Source: the human T2T-CHM13v2.0 reference genome, Homo sapiens
NCBI RefSeq assembly: GCF_009914755.1
Contig: NC_060929.1
Direction: 5' to 3' (one strand)
DNA: 64,000 bases
The notes under the pieces are model-generated. The model made no database searches. It saw only the letters and a program-made list of their open reading frames with translations, and had not been told where the DNA came from. Positions within the stretch are counted from its first letter, which is position 1. Each line of letters starts with the position of its first letter. Positions 12,399-25,185 of the stretch are shown here, piece by piece. The position numbers were made by a program, and so were the translations under genes.

Positions 12399-15300
12399 AA
12401 CTTTATGTTTTTACTACAGAAGGAAGAAGACAATTTTAAATATAGACCCACTGATTCTGTATTAGATTATTGTTCATACTTTTCATACTTCTCTTTTAAT
12501 CCTCCTAATTTCTCGTTAAGACATTATTAGTTTCATTTATCTGAGTGAGAAAATGTGTACTCAGAAAAATAATTTGTTTAAGGCCATTTATTACATAGTA
12601 GAACTGGAATCTCAATGCTAATTTGCTTGATCAAAATCCATATTAGCTTCGTCGATTTTGCTGTACCAACTGAGAAAGGAGCTTGCATTTTCCTTTGGGG
12701 TCCTGGATAAAATGCAGGATTAGCAAAGTTATTGAGAAATTTTAGAAGGTTTTCCTTGTTTAACGTTAAGCGATTGCATAGCATTTTCTTCTAAATGATG
12801 AAAGGAAAAACAACGACTTGCTACTTAGAGTTTAAGGAGTACCATAGCTTTAAAACACCTCATATAAGTGGGTGCAGGTGTTTTTAGATTGTATCTATCT
12901 ATTTAAACCTCTTTAAATCCTGGTAAAAATAATGACTTCTATTAAGATTTTTATGCAAACTTTAGTAATTAATATTTACTTAAATATTTGCACTCTGATA
13001 TAAGAATTTATTTTCGAGTTAAAAACTTAGTGACCTGGTGGATTTTGTGTTGAGAATTCAGGCTCTTGAAACAAATTTCACTGTTCATTTCACCATCTCT
13101 GTCATTAATTTATTTCTATAAAGGTGAAGCATAGTGAAAATGGATATCATCAGTGACTTTGAAATAAGGACAAGAGATTATTTGTCACGTTAAGATTGTT
13201 CCACCTTAAAACAAAGATGTCTAATTAATGCATTTATTTTATTTTATCTTGGAATGTGTATTTTATACTACTAATTACATGTATCTAATCACTTTTTAAA
13301 AATAACGTATACTATCACCACCTCTTGCATTATAGCTTTCTTTGATGAACTTAAAAGCGTGGCTCTCAAGACTAATTCTGTACTTATTTAAACCTTTGAT
13401 TATTTATTTCCATGGCTTACAAAGTCCCAAATAAGAATCACCAGCAGCAGATATGCATGCAGTGGAAATACATAATGCTGATTTATCCCCAGGAGGGAAT
13501 ATCTATGCAAAAATAAAACTATCAAATGGCTGTAAACATTACATACTAACTTTAAGCACTCATTTTTTTCCACTTCCAGTGAATTAAATAGTATTTAAAA
13601 TACTTGAATTGTCTTTATTAACAAAACCAATAAATGTGATGTGATTATTGAACATCTAATATGTGTGGAAGGTAAAAAAAAAATTGCATCATTAGTATTT
13701 ACAATGACCTCTCCATTCTGCCTTCTAAGGGGTGAGGTGACTTTGGTTGCCAAGGCTGTATTGAGTGATTGACTGGTTCTCAAGGAGAATTAGAGAAGTC
13801 AAGAAAAGGCTAAGTTAAGGAAATGTTAACAAGGAAAGTTAAGGAATGTGAACAAAAAGAGCAGTAAATCAGGAGTTGGTGAAACTTTATTGAGAAAAAT
13901 AGATAAATTCTCAAAGAAGTGGAGCTTTTAAGAAGAGTGAAATACTAAAAAAGAATTTTTTGTGAGTGAAGTTTTATTATTATTTGTTTGACATACTCTC
14001 TAGCCTGAAAATATTAGTACAGCATGGGCTCTTCTTTTGAAGGCTTTGGACTGTAGGAGTTTCTGTATATGTGTGTGTGAATGTGCATCAGTATACATGT
14101 ATATGTTTTGTCTGTTCACAATTATATTAATATTAGCCTCTAAAAATGCAGAAGGATGATTAGACAAGTATCAGATATTATGTGATAATTAAATTAAAAA
14201 GACAGCAACAATCTAAGACACTTTACTAGATATAGCAGAAATCATGACATGTATTTATATCTATTATTATGCATGTATATAAACATATCAGAATTTAAAA
14301 TGAGCTTAATTCCAAATTTTCCACTGATTGGCATGAAAGTTTACACTTGCTATTCTTTTTAAATTGTGGGCTATTTGAACAAAGTTAATACTACAGTATT
14401 AAGAAATTACAAATTTATTTCAGTAAATATTTAACCATAAGAGATTATTGTGCACTTATTTTATTTCAGGTTTATGTCTTCCTCCTATCTTTCTTGTAAT
14501 TGGAGGTAGCATAAATACCAAATATAACTGCTAAAACAGTATTTAATTCTCTCATTGCCATGCAAAATATTTTATAAATTCTCACAGTTTTTGTAACATA
14601 TTATTTAGTATTTATATGTTACAGTTGTCTTTTAAGTATCTAAATTGCTTTCTAAAACACTTTAGCATAAGTGCACTTATATTTCAATTTATGTAAAATG
14701 GAAATGTCTAATTTTCATGGTAAACAAGAGCAAAATATACATGTGGCTACTCAACTACCTAAATTAGATAGGTAAATTTAACTATACAGCTTTTTACCAA
14801 TCAGTGTATTCAATGTTTGTTTTAAAATCATTGATTTTTACATAGTTGAATTCTTTCAAGACTTAGAGTTATCCAGACTTATAGAAATATTCCACATTTT
14901 ACTCTATATGATTCCGAAATCTGTAACTACAAATGTATTCTATAAAAACATATACTATTATTTTTTTCATGGTGAAGATTAGAGGGAGTGGATAAAATAT
15001 AAAATGAGTAGAAATCAGTAAGCCTTGGTAATAGAGCAACTTAGCACATCATTTCCTTCCTTGGCATACTCATGTATTTTCAGGCCAAGTGACTTTTTCA
15101 CTGTCAACTTCTGGTGTGTTATGTCATATAATTTAATAGTAAAAAATAGCAACTAAATGTTTTATATGAATATGCTTGTCTTACTCCTTATTGTTTACAC
15201 TGTGTTTCCTTTATTGAAATTATGATAGCTTTCAAATTTAAATTAAACAAGTACAGTAGTCTGTTGGTATTGAGGCACTTAACATGAAGTTTCAAATATT

Positions 15301-15484
15301 CATAATCAGCCTTAAAGTAATGTGACAAATAGTGATCAGTAATTTCAGTAAAGTACTAATTTGAATCACTCTTGAATTGAGGCTTTTGATGACAAAGAAG
15401 TTGATGGTCTACCTAGAAAATTCATCTCAGGGCTGCTTTGATGTTCTTCACTTGTTGTATACATATTTTATGCTTATTTTTCCC

Positions 15485-16105
15485 AAGGTTGAGTTCAGGA
15501 AACAGAAAGCACACTGATCTCTTTCAGCAGAAAGTGATCTAATAGAGTTAATGAAGAACATATAGACATGTTAGAAAGACAGCAGCAGTGAGCTTGTGTA
15601 GGCCCACATCACATAAAGTGAGCAGTAGTGAGCTTGTGTAGGCCTGAGGAGAGACTCTCTGAACCTTCAGAACTAACCCATCAAGGGAGCTACTCGTATC
15701 ATGGTCAGAAAGGCAAGAAAGCTAGAAACCACCAATAGAACAATATAGTTCAAGAATACACCACCACAGTTGCAATCCGGGCTGCTTCTACATCCACACC
15801 CATTGCTTCTTGACGCCCGTGGAGTTCGTGATGATATGCTGAAAATCTGTTGCAGAAAAAGTTTTCATGTCTGAGCATGAAACCATAATTGCAAGGAGAT
15901 AGCCCAAATAATTAGTGAAATAACATCTGCTTTATCTATTGGCATTGATTCTTGTGAAGTACATCAAATTGCTGAAACCTAATTTGCATTCAGAACTCTA
16001 GCTATGAGACTTTTGGGAATATAGGTTTCCAGCCTGTGGAATACAAGAAAGCATATTAGAAAGAGATGGGAATGAATGCTGAGGGTCGATTGATCATATT
16101 CTACA
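15485..16105. mobile_element. Ancient LTR-like element (ERVL/MaLR class), subfamily uncertain
   Basis: Start (caggaaacagaaagcacactg...ttcagcagaaag) and end (cagaactctagctatgagacttttgggaatataggttt...) resemble old mammalian LTRs. Confidence 0.45.
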
Positions 16106-17176
16106 AAAATGCAGGACTTACATTTAGAATTTGAAGATTTCATAAAATCATAGGATGATTCTTCCTGAATGTCAAGGGTCTTGTATCGTACTTAATAATG
16201 TACCGTATTTAAACTCCATTTAAGGAGAAAGGAATGGCAAGGAGGAGATGAAACTTCCCTTTCTTTACTGCTTTCAGGTAAATGGGCTGAATCCTTGAAG
16301 ATGATTTGTGGTGATGGGTATTCATGGTTTATCTAATCTGTTACATTTACACTTGTTAAATATGATGTACAACACACATAACTTATTAGTACATTATATA
16401 TTTATTTAAAAATAAATATTGATAACACTCACTCAAAAATAATGTCATAATAGTGATGTGTGATTAAAAATATCTGGAGACCACTGGCCAAAACCAACTT
16501 ATTTTAGCCATATCCATCACTGAATTATTCTGGTAACCCTTGCATGCCCTACACCTGTTCTAGAAAAAGCATAAGGATTTTCAGGCAAGATTATTCTTGT
16601 TCTATATGATTTGGGTGTAGGCTTTATTTAGCATGGAATACTGTGTTTTTTTTCCCTTCTCAGAGTCTGATAATAATGTGCACTGACATAAAGCACCCTG
16701 CACATCCTATCCCTGAAAAATAGCAGAGGAAGAAAGGGAGGAGGGGAATGTTCTTCAGCCCTGTTTTATTTTCACACGAAAGTGACCAAAAGACACAGTC
16801 TCCACTGCCTGATTTCCCGAGGACACTTTCCAGCTCTCAATCAAACAAGCAGGAACCCAGAAGCTATTCAGAGCTCCCTATTCTTCGGCAAATGCATACT
16901 TATCCCCTTCCTGGCGGAGCTGCACATATTGTCTGCAATACACAACTAGATGTATAATGGCTTTTTTGCAACCCTGGATTGTTCTCCAGGCCCTGGCCAC
17001 CTACACTGAGCAATAAGGGGACAAAATTGAAGAAGCTTTTTAGCTTTTATAGCTTATTGATTTTTATATTTTCTGATGTATTAGAGCAATTTTTCAAACG
17101 TATCCTCCTTACCTTGATATCTTGAGTGTAGAGAGAGGATTTCACATTTATTAGCTTTTCTTTGGTTAAAAAAAAA

Positions 17177-17228
17177 ATATATATATATATATATAAATAC
17201 ACATATGTGCATGTGTATATATATATAT
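17177..17228. repeat. (TA)n / purine-pyrimidine microsatellite
   Basis: atatatatatatatataaatacacatatgtgcatgtgtatatatatatat. Confidence 0.85.
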
Positions 17229-18729
17229 GGTCTCAGTGTTATCTCAGAGATATAAATGGTTTGGTATAAAAAAATCAATTCTCAGAGTAAAATTCAAAGA
17301 TTGTGTGCAAGTGTTACATAAAAAGCAGACAACAAGGAATATACCCTTTCCAACCAGGTAACAAAGATGGTTTTGAAAAGTATAGTTTCTGGATGGCAGT
17401 TAAATTTAGAGATGCTCAATACTTTTCAAATAGAAAAGTTCTATCAAAATTGAGAGCATATAATGTGGTGAATACTTTTTTTATTATCTCTGATCATCCG
17501 TGACAGCATTAAAAAAAGAAGTACAGCACAAATGACTTCTCCAATGGGAGTAGTCTTTGCTCAGAACTCAGATATTAAGACAAGGTGTGAAGCATTTCAT
17601 GGTAAAGACTCTTTGAAGTTTTGCATTTTAAAATAATAGGTGCAAAAGAAAATTATTTTGTGATATCCTAGTTCACTGTCTGATACAAAATAATTAATTT
17701 CCCTCTATTTCCAAGAGAGTTTATTGCTTTATAATCAAGAATTTAACATGAACAGTTGGGACTTTTAAATTTGTTTTAAACTATTTTAGAACTATTTTAG
17801 AAATATTTGATGGGGATTTTTTTGAAAATTACTCTGGGTGTTGGGAGTAGGGGACACATACCAAATAGTGCATAGGCCATGCCCTCAGGGAGGTTGGAGT
17901 GGCACATGGCTGTATCTAGCAGGCTCCTGTTGACTGGTGGGTCCAAGCAGTGAGTGCCTGTGATATGTTTGGTGCTCAGGACCTGCTTACTTGCTGGACC
18001 ACACTTGACAATGTAGCTCCTTCCCTTCGCCTTCCCAGGGGTGCGGGAAACACACAGGCATGAAGAGCGTGGCCTGGGCAGGAAATTAAAAGTTAATGTT
18101 TTCACTCAGTTAATAGACATTTGGCTCTTTTTTGTGAAATTTTTCTTTTTTTCCTCTTCACAACACTCTTTTAGGTGTTATGTAGAGTGATGGGAAGAGT
18201 GACTGTGCTTTTGCTTGAAGTGCAGTGGGTATGGCGGGAACTCTGCAAAGGTGCCTCTTCCATGAGGGTCTAGCAGATTAAAATACTTTGAATTTTAATT
18301 CAAATAAATGCCCATCAAATATTAAATTTGTTTAGAATTAGGATAAACACTCTCCTTTTAGGAAAATAAATTCTATAATGTATTACTATTATTAAAAAAC
18401 CTTCAAAAACATGTAATTAGAGAAGAAAATTAAAATATCCAGGGATTTTTAGAAACTACAAATATTCTGATCCTCCACAATGTCCCCTACTATTTTGATA
18501 TAATGATTGAAATTGATTTACATTTATTTTTCTTGAGGGCATTTTTTTCTTCAAGAGTCAAATATTACAATAGAGAGAGTAAATTGAGTTAATTATTGAT
18601 TTAAAGCAAATTACAATTTTAGATTTGTTTCTTACTTGTATTTTCAGTGATCTAAAATGCTAGACATATGATAAACTTTCTTCGATAAAGGGAGTAGGAA
18701 AGATAAATGTAAAAGACAGTGTGCCATGC

Positions 18730-18870
18730 CAACTATTGCATGAACTTAATAAGTTAATAAAACTCCCTGAGGATCAGTTATTTCATCTATAAATTGGGAA
18801 TATGATAAACACAGGGTTGTTTCATTTTGAGATCAAATAATGTAACCAACTTGAAACACAAAGCACTCAA
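18730..18870 (+). mobile_element. MIR
   Basis: ctccctgaggatcagttatttcatctataaattgggaat...cacagggttgtt...gagatcaaataa matches the MIR core. Confidence 0.65.
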
Positions 18871-21366
18871 TCAGGGATGTAATTGTGAGCTAAAAAAAAT
18901 TACAGTATATTTTCTTGATTGTTCCATCTCACGGCTTATGAGTTTATATGATTCAGAGGGTATTGCATTTGAAGATAGGGCTGATGGCTATTAGAGTGGT
19001 GTAAATGATGGGAGATACAAGTTAAGGGCTCTCTAAGTTCATCCCAGGTAAAAGGTTGGGACTACCTGAAAGAAAGAGAAGATAGAATCTGGAAGAAAAA
19101 TGTAAGGAAAGGAGTAGACAATTTCAATTTCAACTGCATCCTAATTTTATCTAGGACCTATTCTGAGCTTTGCTTTCATATGTGCAGACTTTTTAAATTT
19201 TTTTTTTAACATATAGAGGCTGTGAAGGCTCCAGTTGCTGTGGCATGTTTTAGAAGCATTCCTTTTAATCACAACTTTGCTCTTGCTATCCTCAGGCCTT
19301 CGGTATCAATTAACTACTTAACATCATTTCCTCAGCTTCTGAAGTTATTGAGAGTTGTCCATTTTAATTTGCTCATTTACATCTTTTGGCAAAGAACAAT
19401 GTGCCAGTGTGAAATATTCCTCCTTTGGTTCACTTCAGTGAACCAAGTCAGGGGTTGGACATCACGGTTAGAAAACTGTCACTTAATTCTCAGTGGCTGT
19501 GTGAAAGCACTAGAGAATGGGCGCCCCTGGGCTCCTTATACAATGGGAGCAAATCTCCATATGGTCTTTATCTTGTTTCCTATTCCATATCTTCTCTTCA
19601 TCCTTGAGATGCAACTGCAAAGCACTGCCATCCGTTCTGCTTTAGGAGCAGCAAAGATGATCTGACAGCCCATTCTGTGATCATCCCACAACAGATTTCT
19701 GGAGTCCAGCCCAGTCTTTGGAATTTTCACTGAAGTTCTGAGCAGTGGTAAAATCCCCTTCACCTGACCCTCATGGCTTTGACTTCAATTTTCTGACAAG
19801 TAAGTTTGTTTTGAACAAAGGACTGGGAGAAGGGAACAGTTAGAGTTGAAGGGAGCAGGCTTTCTAATACACTGATTGAAAGCAATACAGCCTTGAGTAA
19901 ACATTGACTTACAGTGCTGCTCCAACCACTACCTGAATGGATTATCTGCCAGATGTACACTTGTTGTGTAAACGAGGGCTTTCCAAGTATGGTTTCGCTT
20001 GAACTTTCTCAGTCAGAATCTGTAAATGATCTGTTTCTTCTACAACTTACTTGTACTCCATCTTACAGCATTTGCTTTTTTAAGTGTCCCCTTTTCCATT
20101 TTTTTTAGCAAATATCTCACTGTATCATATTAGATGTCATACAGATTATGGTCCAAGCCAAAATACACTTGAGAGTGAAAGAGGCTGGGGTAGAGAATAT
20201 TATCAATCAGATCTCTGGCACAAGAGTACAGACAGGCATAATCTGAGACATCCCAGGCAAAAAGAAAAAGGTTTACCCTAATTTATTATCCATTTTATTT
20301 CATGTATTAAGAAGTGTTAAGAATTTTGACAATATTAGGCTTAGATTAAACATTTGGATATAATTATATTTAAAGGATTATCTGTCATAGTGGGTTAAAG
20401 CAAGAAGAACTTGACATCAAAGTAGCTTCAAAGCTGATTCTGATCTTGCCCTAATAAGAATTATGGAGAAAATGTCTTTACTAATACCTGCTTTTACAGT
20501 TGTGAGAATTAACTTAGCTAATATTTTGGAAAATGCTTTAGCAACTGCATAGTTTTATTAAAATTTAAAAATATCCATGAGTAAGGTGAGTGAAAGCAAA
20601 GAATCATGAGCTGATAACACTACTTCAAAACACATCGATTTTAAGAAAATGATTCTTAATAATGAAGATAAATTTTTCTATTATAGATTTAAAATTTATA
20701 TTGCTTATAATGTGGTTTTTGGAGGACTATTCTCTGTTTTATTCTTTAGGCTTTATATTAGAAAGGTAGTAATAACATAGTCCCACCATTCTTCAGCATT
20801 TTAGGGATTATCAACCTGCCACAAAGGGTATCAGGAAGGCACAGAAACAAACTGTCAGCACTAGAGAGAACTGAATTAGTTAAGCTACTAATATTTTATT
20901 TACCTTCAAAGTATCCCCCAGAAAATAGCCTGTGGTTAACTACATAACAGTATATTTTAGAGCATCAACATATAACTAATCCTTAATGTGTAAAACTGTT
21001 ACATGGCTGAGAAGTTACTACTGAAATTTCTACATTTCCATAGGAGGGGAAGAGGAAATGATTAAAGCAGAAGGACTTAGACATTTTAGTAAGAGAAAGT
21101 TTAATTAATTAATTAATTTACTTTTTTGTCCCATGGAGGCCTTAGTATTGAAGTAATTGCACTGGACTCTTGCTCTGTGTTTGTAATCATTTTCATTCAA
21201 AGAAGTTATATGAACACAGTGTTTTGTGAATGAAGTCTAATAATATAACCTCACAAATCTTACAAAATTTGGATGAACTTGTTTATAGGAAAGTGAGCCA
21301 GGTGTTTTCAGAGCTGATAGCTGACTGTCACTTCTCTAGGATATTATGACATTATAAATCTCACCT

Positions 21367-21794
21367 TGTCTTCTATTTAGTGTTCCTATGACAGAATACC
21401 TGAGGCTGGGTAATTTATGCAGAAAAGAGATTTAATAGATTCACAATTCTAGTGGCTAGAAAGTCTAGGAGCATGGTCCTGGGATCTGCTTGACTTCTGA
21501 TGAGGGCCATGCAATGTGTCATGATGTGGCACAGAAGCAGAAAGGCAAGCATGATTGTGCAAAGGGACATGAGTGAGAGGCTGGGCTTACTTTATAGCAA
21601 CTCGCACTGGTGGCAACTAATTCATTCCTGTAAGAGTGAGAATCCACCCACTCCTCTGAGACAGCATTCATCTTTTCATGAAGACAGTGCCCCATGATTC
21701 AAACACCTCCCACTAGGCTCCACCTCCCAACACTGCCAAAAGAGGAAACATATTTTCACATGTGTTTTAGATAGGAAACACCCAAGCCATAGAA
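21367..21794 (-). mobile_element. MST (MSTB/MSTC-like) LTR, left LTR of a split provirus
   Basis: tgtctt...acagaatacctgaggctgggtaattt...cccaagccatagaa, preceded by CACCT (21362-21366). Confidence 0.9.
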
Positions 21795-22110
21795 TTTCTC
21801 CCATACCCTTCCAAAACTCATGTTCTTTTCATGTGCAAAATACAGTCACTCCATCCCAATAATCCAAAAAATCTTAACTTGTTTCAGCACCGACTCAAAA
21901 GTCCAAAGTCCAAAGTCTCATTTGAGAATCAAGGAAAGCTCCTTCCAGCTGTGGACCTGTAAAACTAAACACAAGTTTATTGACTTCTAAAATACAATGG
22001 TGGGGCAGGCATATGGTAAACACTTGCATTTCAAAAGGAGAGAGAAGCAGAAAGAAAGAAGTAACTAGCCCAAAGCAAGTCTGAAACCTAGGAGAGTAGA
22101 TATTAAATCT
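21795..22110 (-). mobile_element. MST internal region fragment
   Basis: MaLR-int motifs (ctcaaaagtccaaagtccaaagtctcat; atacaatggtggggcaggcat) directly abut the LTR. Confidence 0.85.
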
Positions 22111-24877
22111 TTTTTTTTTTAATTTTTAATTTTTGTGGGTACATAGCGGGTGTATATATTTATGGGGTACATGAGATGTTTTGACACAGGCATGCAATGT
22201 GAAATAAGTATATCATGGAGAATGGGGTATCCATCGCCTCAGAAATTTATCCTTTGTGTTACAAACAATCCAATCACATTCTTTATGTTACTTTAAAATT
22301 ACAATTAAATTATTATTGACCATAGTCACCCTGTTGTGCTATTACATTAGAGTGGGTCTCATTTATTCTTTCTAACTAATTTTTTTTACCCATTAACCAT
22401 CCCCACTTCCCCCTCCAATCCCTCAACTGTCCTTCCCACCATCTGGTAACCATCCTTCTACTCTCTATGTCCATGAGTTCAATTTTCCTGATTTTTAGAT
22501 CCCACAAATAAGTGAGAACATGCGATGGTTATCTTTCTGTACAACCATGGCTTATTTTCATTTAACATTTCATTTAACGTAACGACCTCCAATTACATCC
22601 ATGTTGTTGCAAATGACAGAATCTCATTCTTTTTTTACAGCTGAATAGTATTCCACTGTGTATATGTACCACATTTCTTCAGGCATTCATCTACTGATGG
22701 ACACTTAAGTTGCTTCCAAATATTAGCCATTGTAAATAGTACTGCAACAAATGTAGGAGTGCAGACATCTGTTCTGTATACTTACTTCTTTTCTTTTGGA
22801 TGTATAGCCAGCAGTGGGATTCCTGGACCATGTGGTAGCTCAAATTTAGTTATTTCAGGGACCTCCAAATTGTTCTCCTTAGTGGTTGTACTAATTTACA
22901 TTCCTGCCATCAATGTACGAAGGTTGCCTTTTCTCTGCATCCTCTCCAGCATTTGTTATTTCCTGTCTTTTGGATATAAGTCATTTTAAATGGGGTGAGA
23001 TGATATCTCATTGTAGTTTTGGTTTGCGTATCTCTGATGATTAATGATGTTGAGCACCTTTATTAAATCCTTTGTGAGATGGGTAGTTTGCAAATATTTT
23101 CTCCCATTCTGTGAGTTGTCTTTTCAGTTTATTGATTATATCCTTTGCTGTGTAGAGGCTTTTTAACTTGATATAATTCTATTTGTCCATTTTTGTTTTG
23201 GTTCCTATGCTTGTGGGGTGTTGCTGGAAAAATTTTTGCCCCAGACCAATGGCCTGGAGACTTTCCCCCAACATTTTATTGCACTAGTTTCATAGTTTGA
23301 AGTCTTAGATTTAAGTCTTTAATTCATTTTGATTGGCTTTTTGTATATGGCAAGAGATGGGGTCTAATTTAATTCTTCTTCATATGGTTATTCAGTTCTC
23401 CTAGCACCACTTATTGAAAACACTGCCTTTTCCCCTGTCATGTTCTTGACATCTTTGTTGAAAATGAGTTCACTGTAGGTGTGTGGGTTTGTTTCTGGGT
23501 CTCCATTCTGTTCCATTGATCTATATGTCTGTTATGCCAGTACCATGATGTTTTGGTTACTATGGCTCTGCAGTATAATTTGAAGTGAGGTAATGGGATT
23601 CCCCTAGTTGACTTTTTGCTTAGGAGAGCTTTGGCTATTCTGGGCCTTTTGAGGTTTCATATAAATATTAGGATTGTTTTTTTCTGTTTCTGTGAAGATT
23701 GTCATTGGCATTTTTCTAGAGATTGCATGGAGTCTGTAAATTGCTCTGGGTAGAATGGACATTTTAACAATATTGATTCTTCTAATCTATAAACATGGAA
23801 TATTTTTCTATTTTTTGATGTCTTCTTCAATTTCTTTCATCAGTGTTTTACAGCTTTTATCATACAGATTTTTCACTTCCTGATTAAATTAATTCCTGAG
23901 CATTTAATTTTATGTTTGGCTATTTTAAATTGGATTACTTTTTAAAATTCTTTTTCGCATTGTTCACTCTTGGCATAGAGATATACTATTGATTTTTGAA
24001 TGGTGATTTTGTATTCTGCAATTTCACTGAATTTATTATTTCTAATAGTTTTTTGGTGGAGTCTTTAGGTTTTTCCAAATATAAGACTATAGCATTAGCA
24101 AATAAGGACAATTTGACTTTTTTCTTTCTAATTTGGATGCCCTTATGTCTTTCTCTTATCTGATTGCTCTAGTGAGGGCTTCCAGTATTATGTTGAATAA
24201 CAGTGGTGACAGGGCATTCTTGTTGTGTTCCAGATCTTAGAGGAAAAGATTTCAGTTTTTCCCCATTCATTATGATACTAGCTTCTGGTCTGTCACATAT
24301 GGTTTTTATTATGTTGAGGTATGTTTCTTCTATCCCCAGTTTTGAGGGTTTTTATCATGAAGGGATGTTGAACTTTGTCAAATGTTTTTCAACATTAATT
24401 CAGATTATCACATAGTGTTTATCCTTCATTCTGCTGATATGATGGATCACATTGCTTGATTTACACATGTCAAACCATCCTTGCATCCCGTGGATAAATC
24501 CTGCTTCGTCATGATGGATGATTTTTCTAATTTATTGTTTGAATATGGTCTGCTAGTATTTTGTTGAGGATTTTTGCATCAATATTCTTCAGAGATTTTG
24601 GCCTTTAGTTTTATTTTTTATTTTTGATGTATCTGTGTCTGGTTTCAGTATCAGGGTAACACCAGCTTCATAGAATGAGTTTGGAAGTATTCTCTCCTCC
24701 TGTTTTTCAGCATACTTTGTGTAGGGTTGGTATTAGTCCTACTTCAAATGTTTTATAGAATTCAGCAGTGAAGGTTTTGGGTCCAGGGCTTTTCTTAAGT
24801 GGGATACTTTTTATTAAGGTTTCAATCTCGTTACCTGTTATTGGTATGTTCAGATTTTGGATTTCTTCCTGGTTTAA

Positions 24878-25185
24878 TTTTTTTTTTTTTTTTTTTTTTT
24901 TTGAGACAGGGTCTTGCTCTTTTCACTCAGGCTGGAGTGCAGTGCTGTGACCTAGACTCAGTGCAACCTCCACTTCCCGGGCTCAAGTGATTTTTGTGCC
25001 CCAGGCTCCTGAGTAGCTGGGACTACAGGTGCATGCCACCACACCTGGCTAATTTTTGTATTTTTAGTAGATATGGGGTTTTGTCATGTTGGTCATACTG
25101 GTCTCAAACTCCTGACCTCAAGTGATCCACCTGCCTTGCCCTCCCAAAGCACTAGGATTACAGGTGTGAGCCACCATGCCCAGCC
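24878..25185 (-). mobile_element. Alu (old AluS/AluJb-like) nested in L1MA
   Basis: Long poly-T plus full Alu. TSD ttcctggtttaa (24866-24877) / ttcctggttcaa (25186-25197). Confidence 0.95.

Noticed and set aside
14455-14480. Splice-acceptor-like ttattttatttcag (similar at ~16262-16278)
   Set aside because: No matching donor or open coding exon could be supported. Such motifs are frequent in AT-rich DNA.
19222-19665. 147-aa ORF, the longest non-repeat ORF, as a possible gene
   Set aside because: GTG start, no recognisable domain, no convincing splice or promoter context. The length is compatible with chance.
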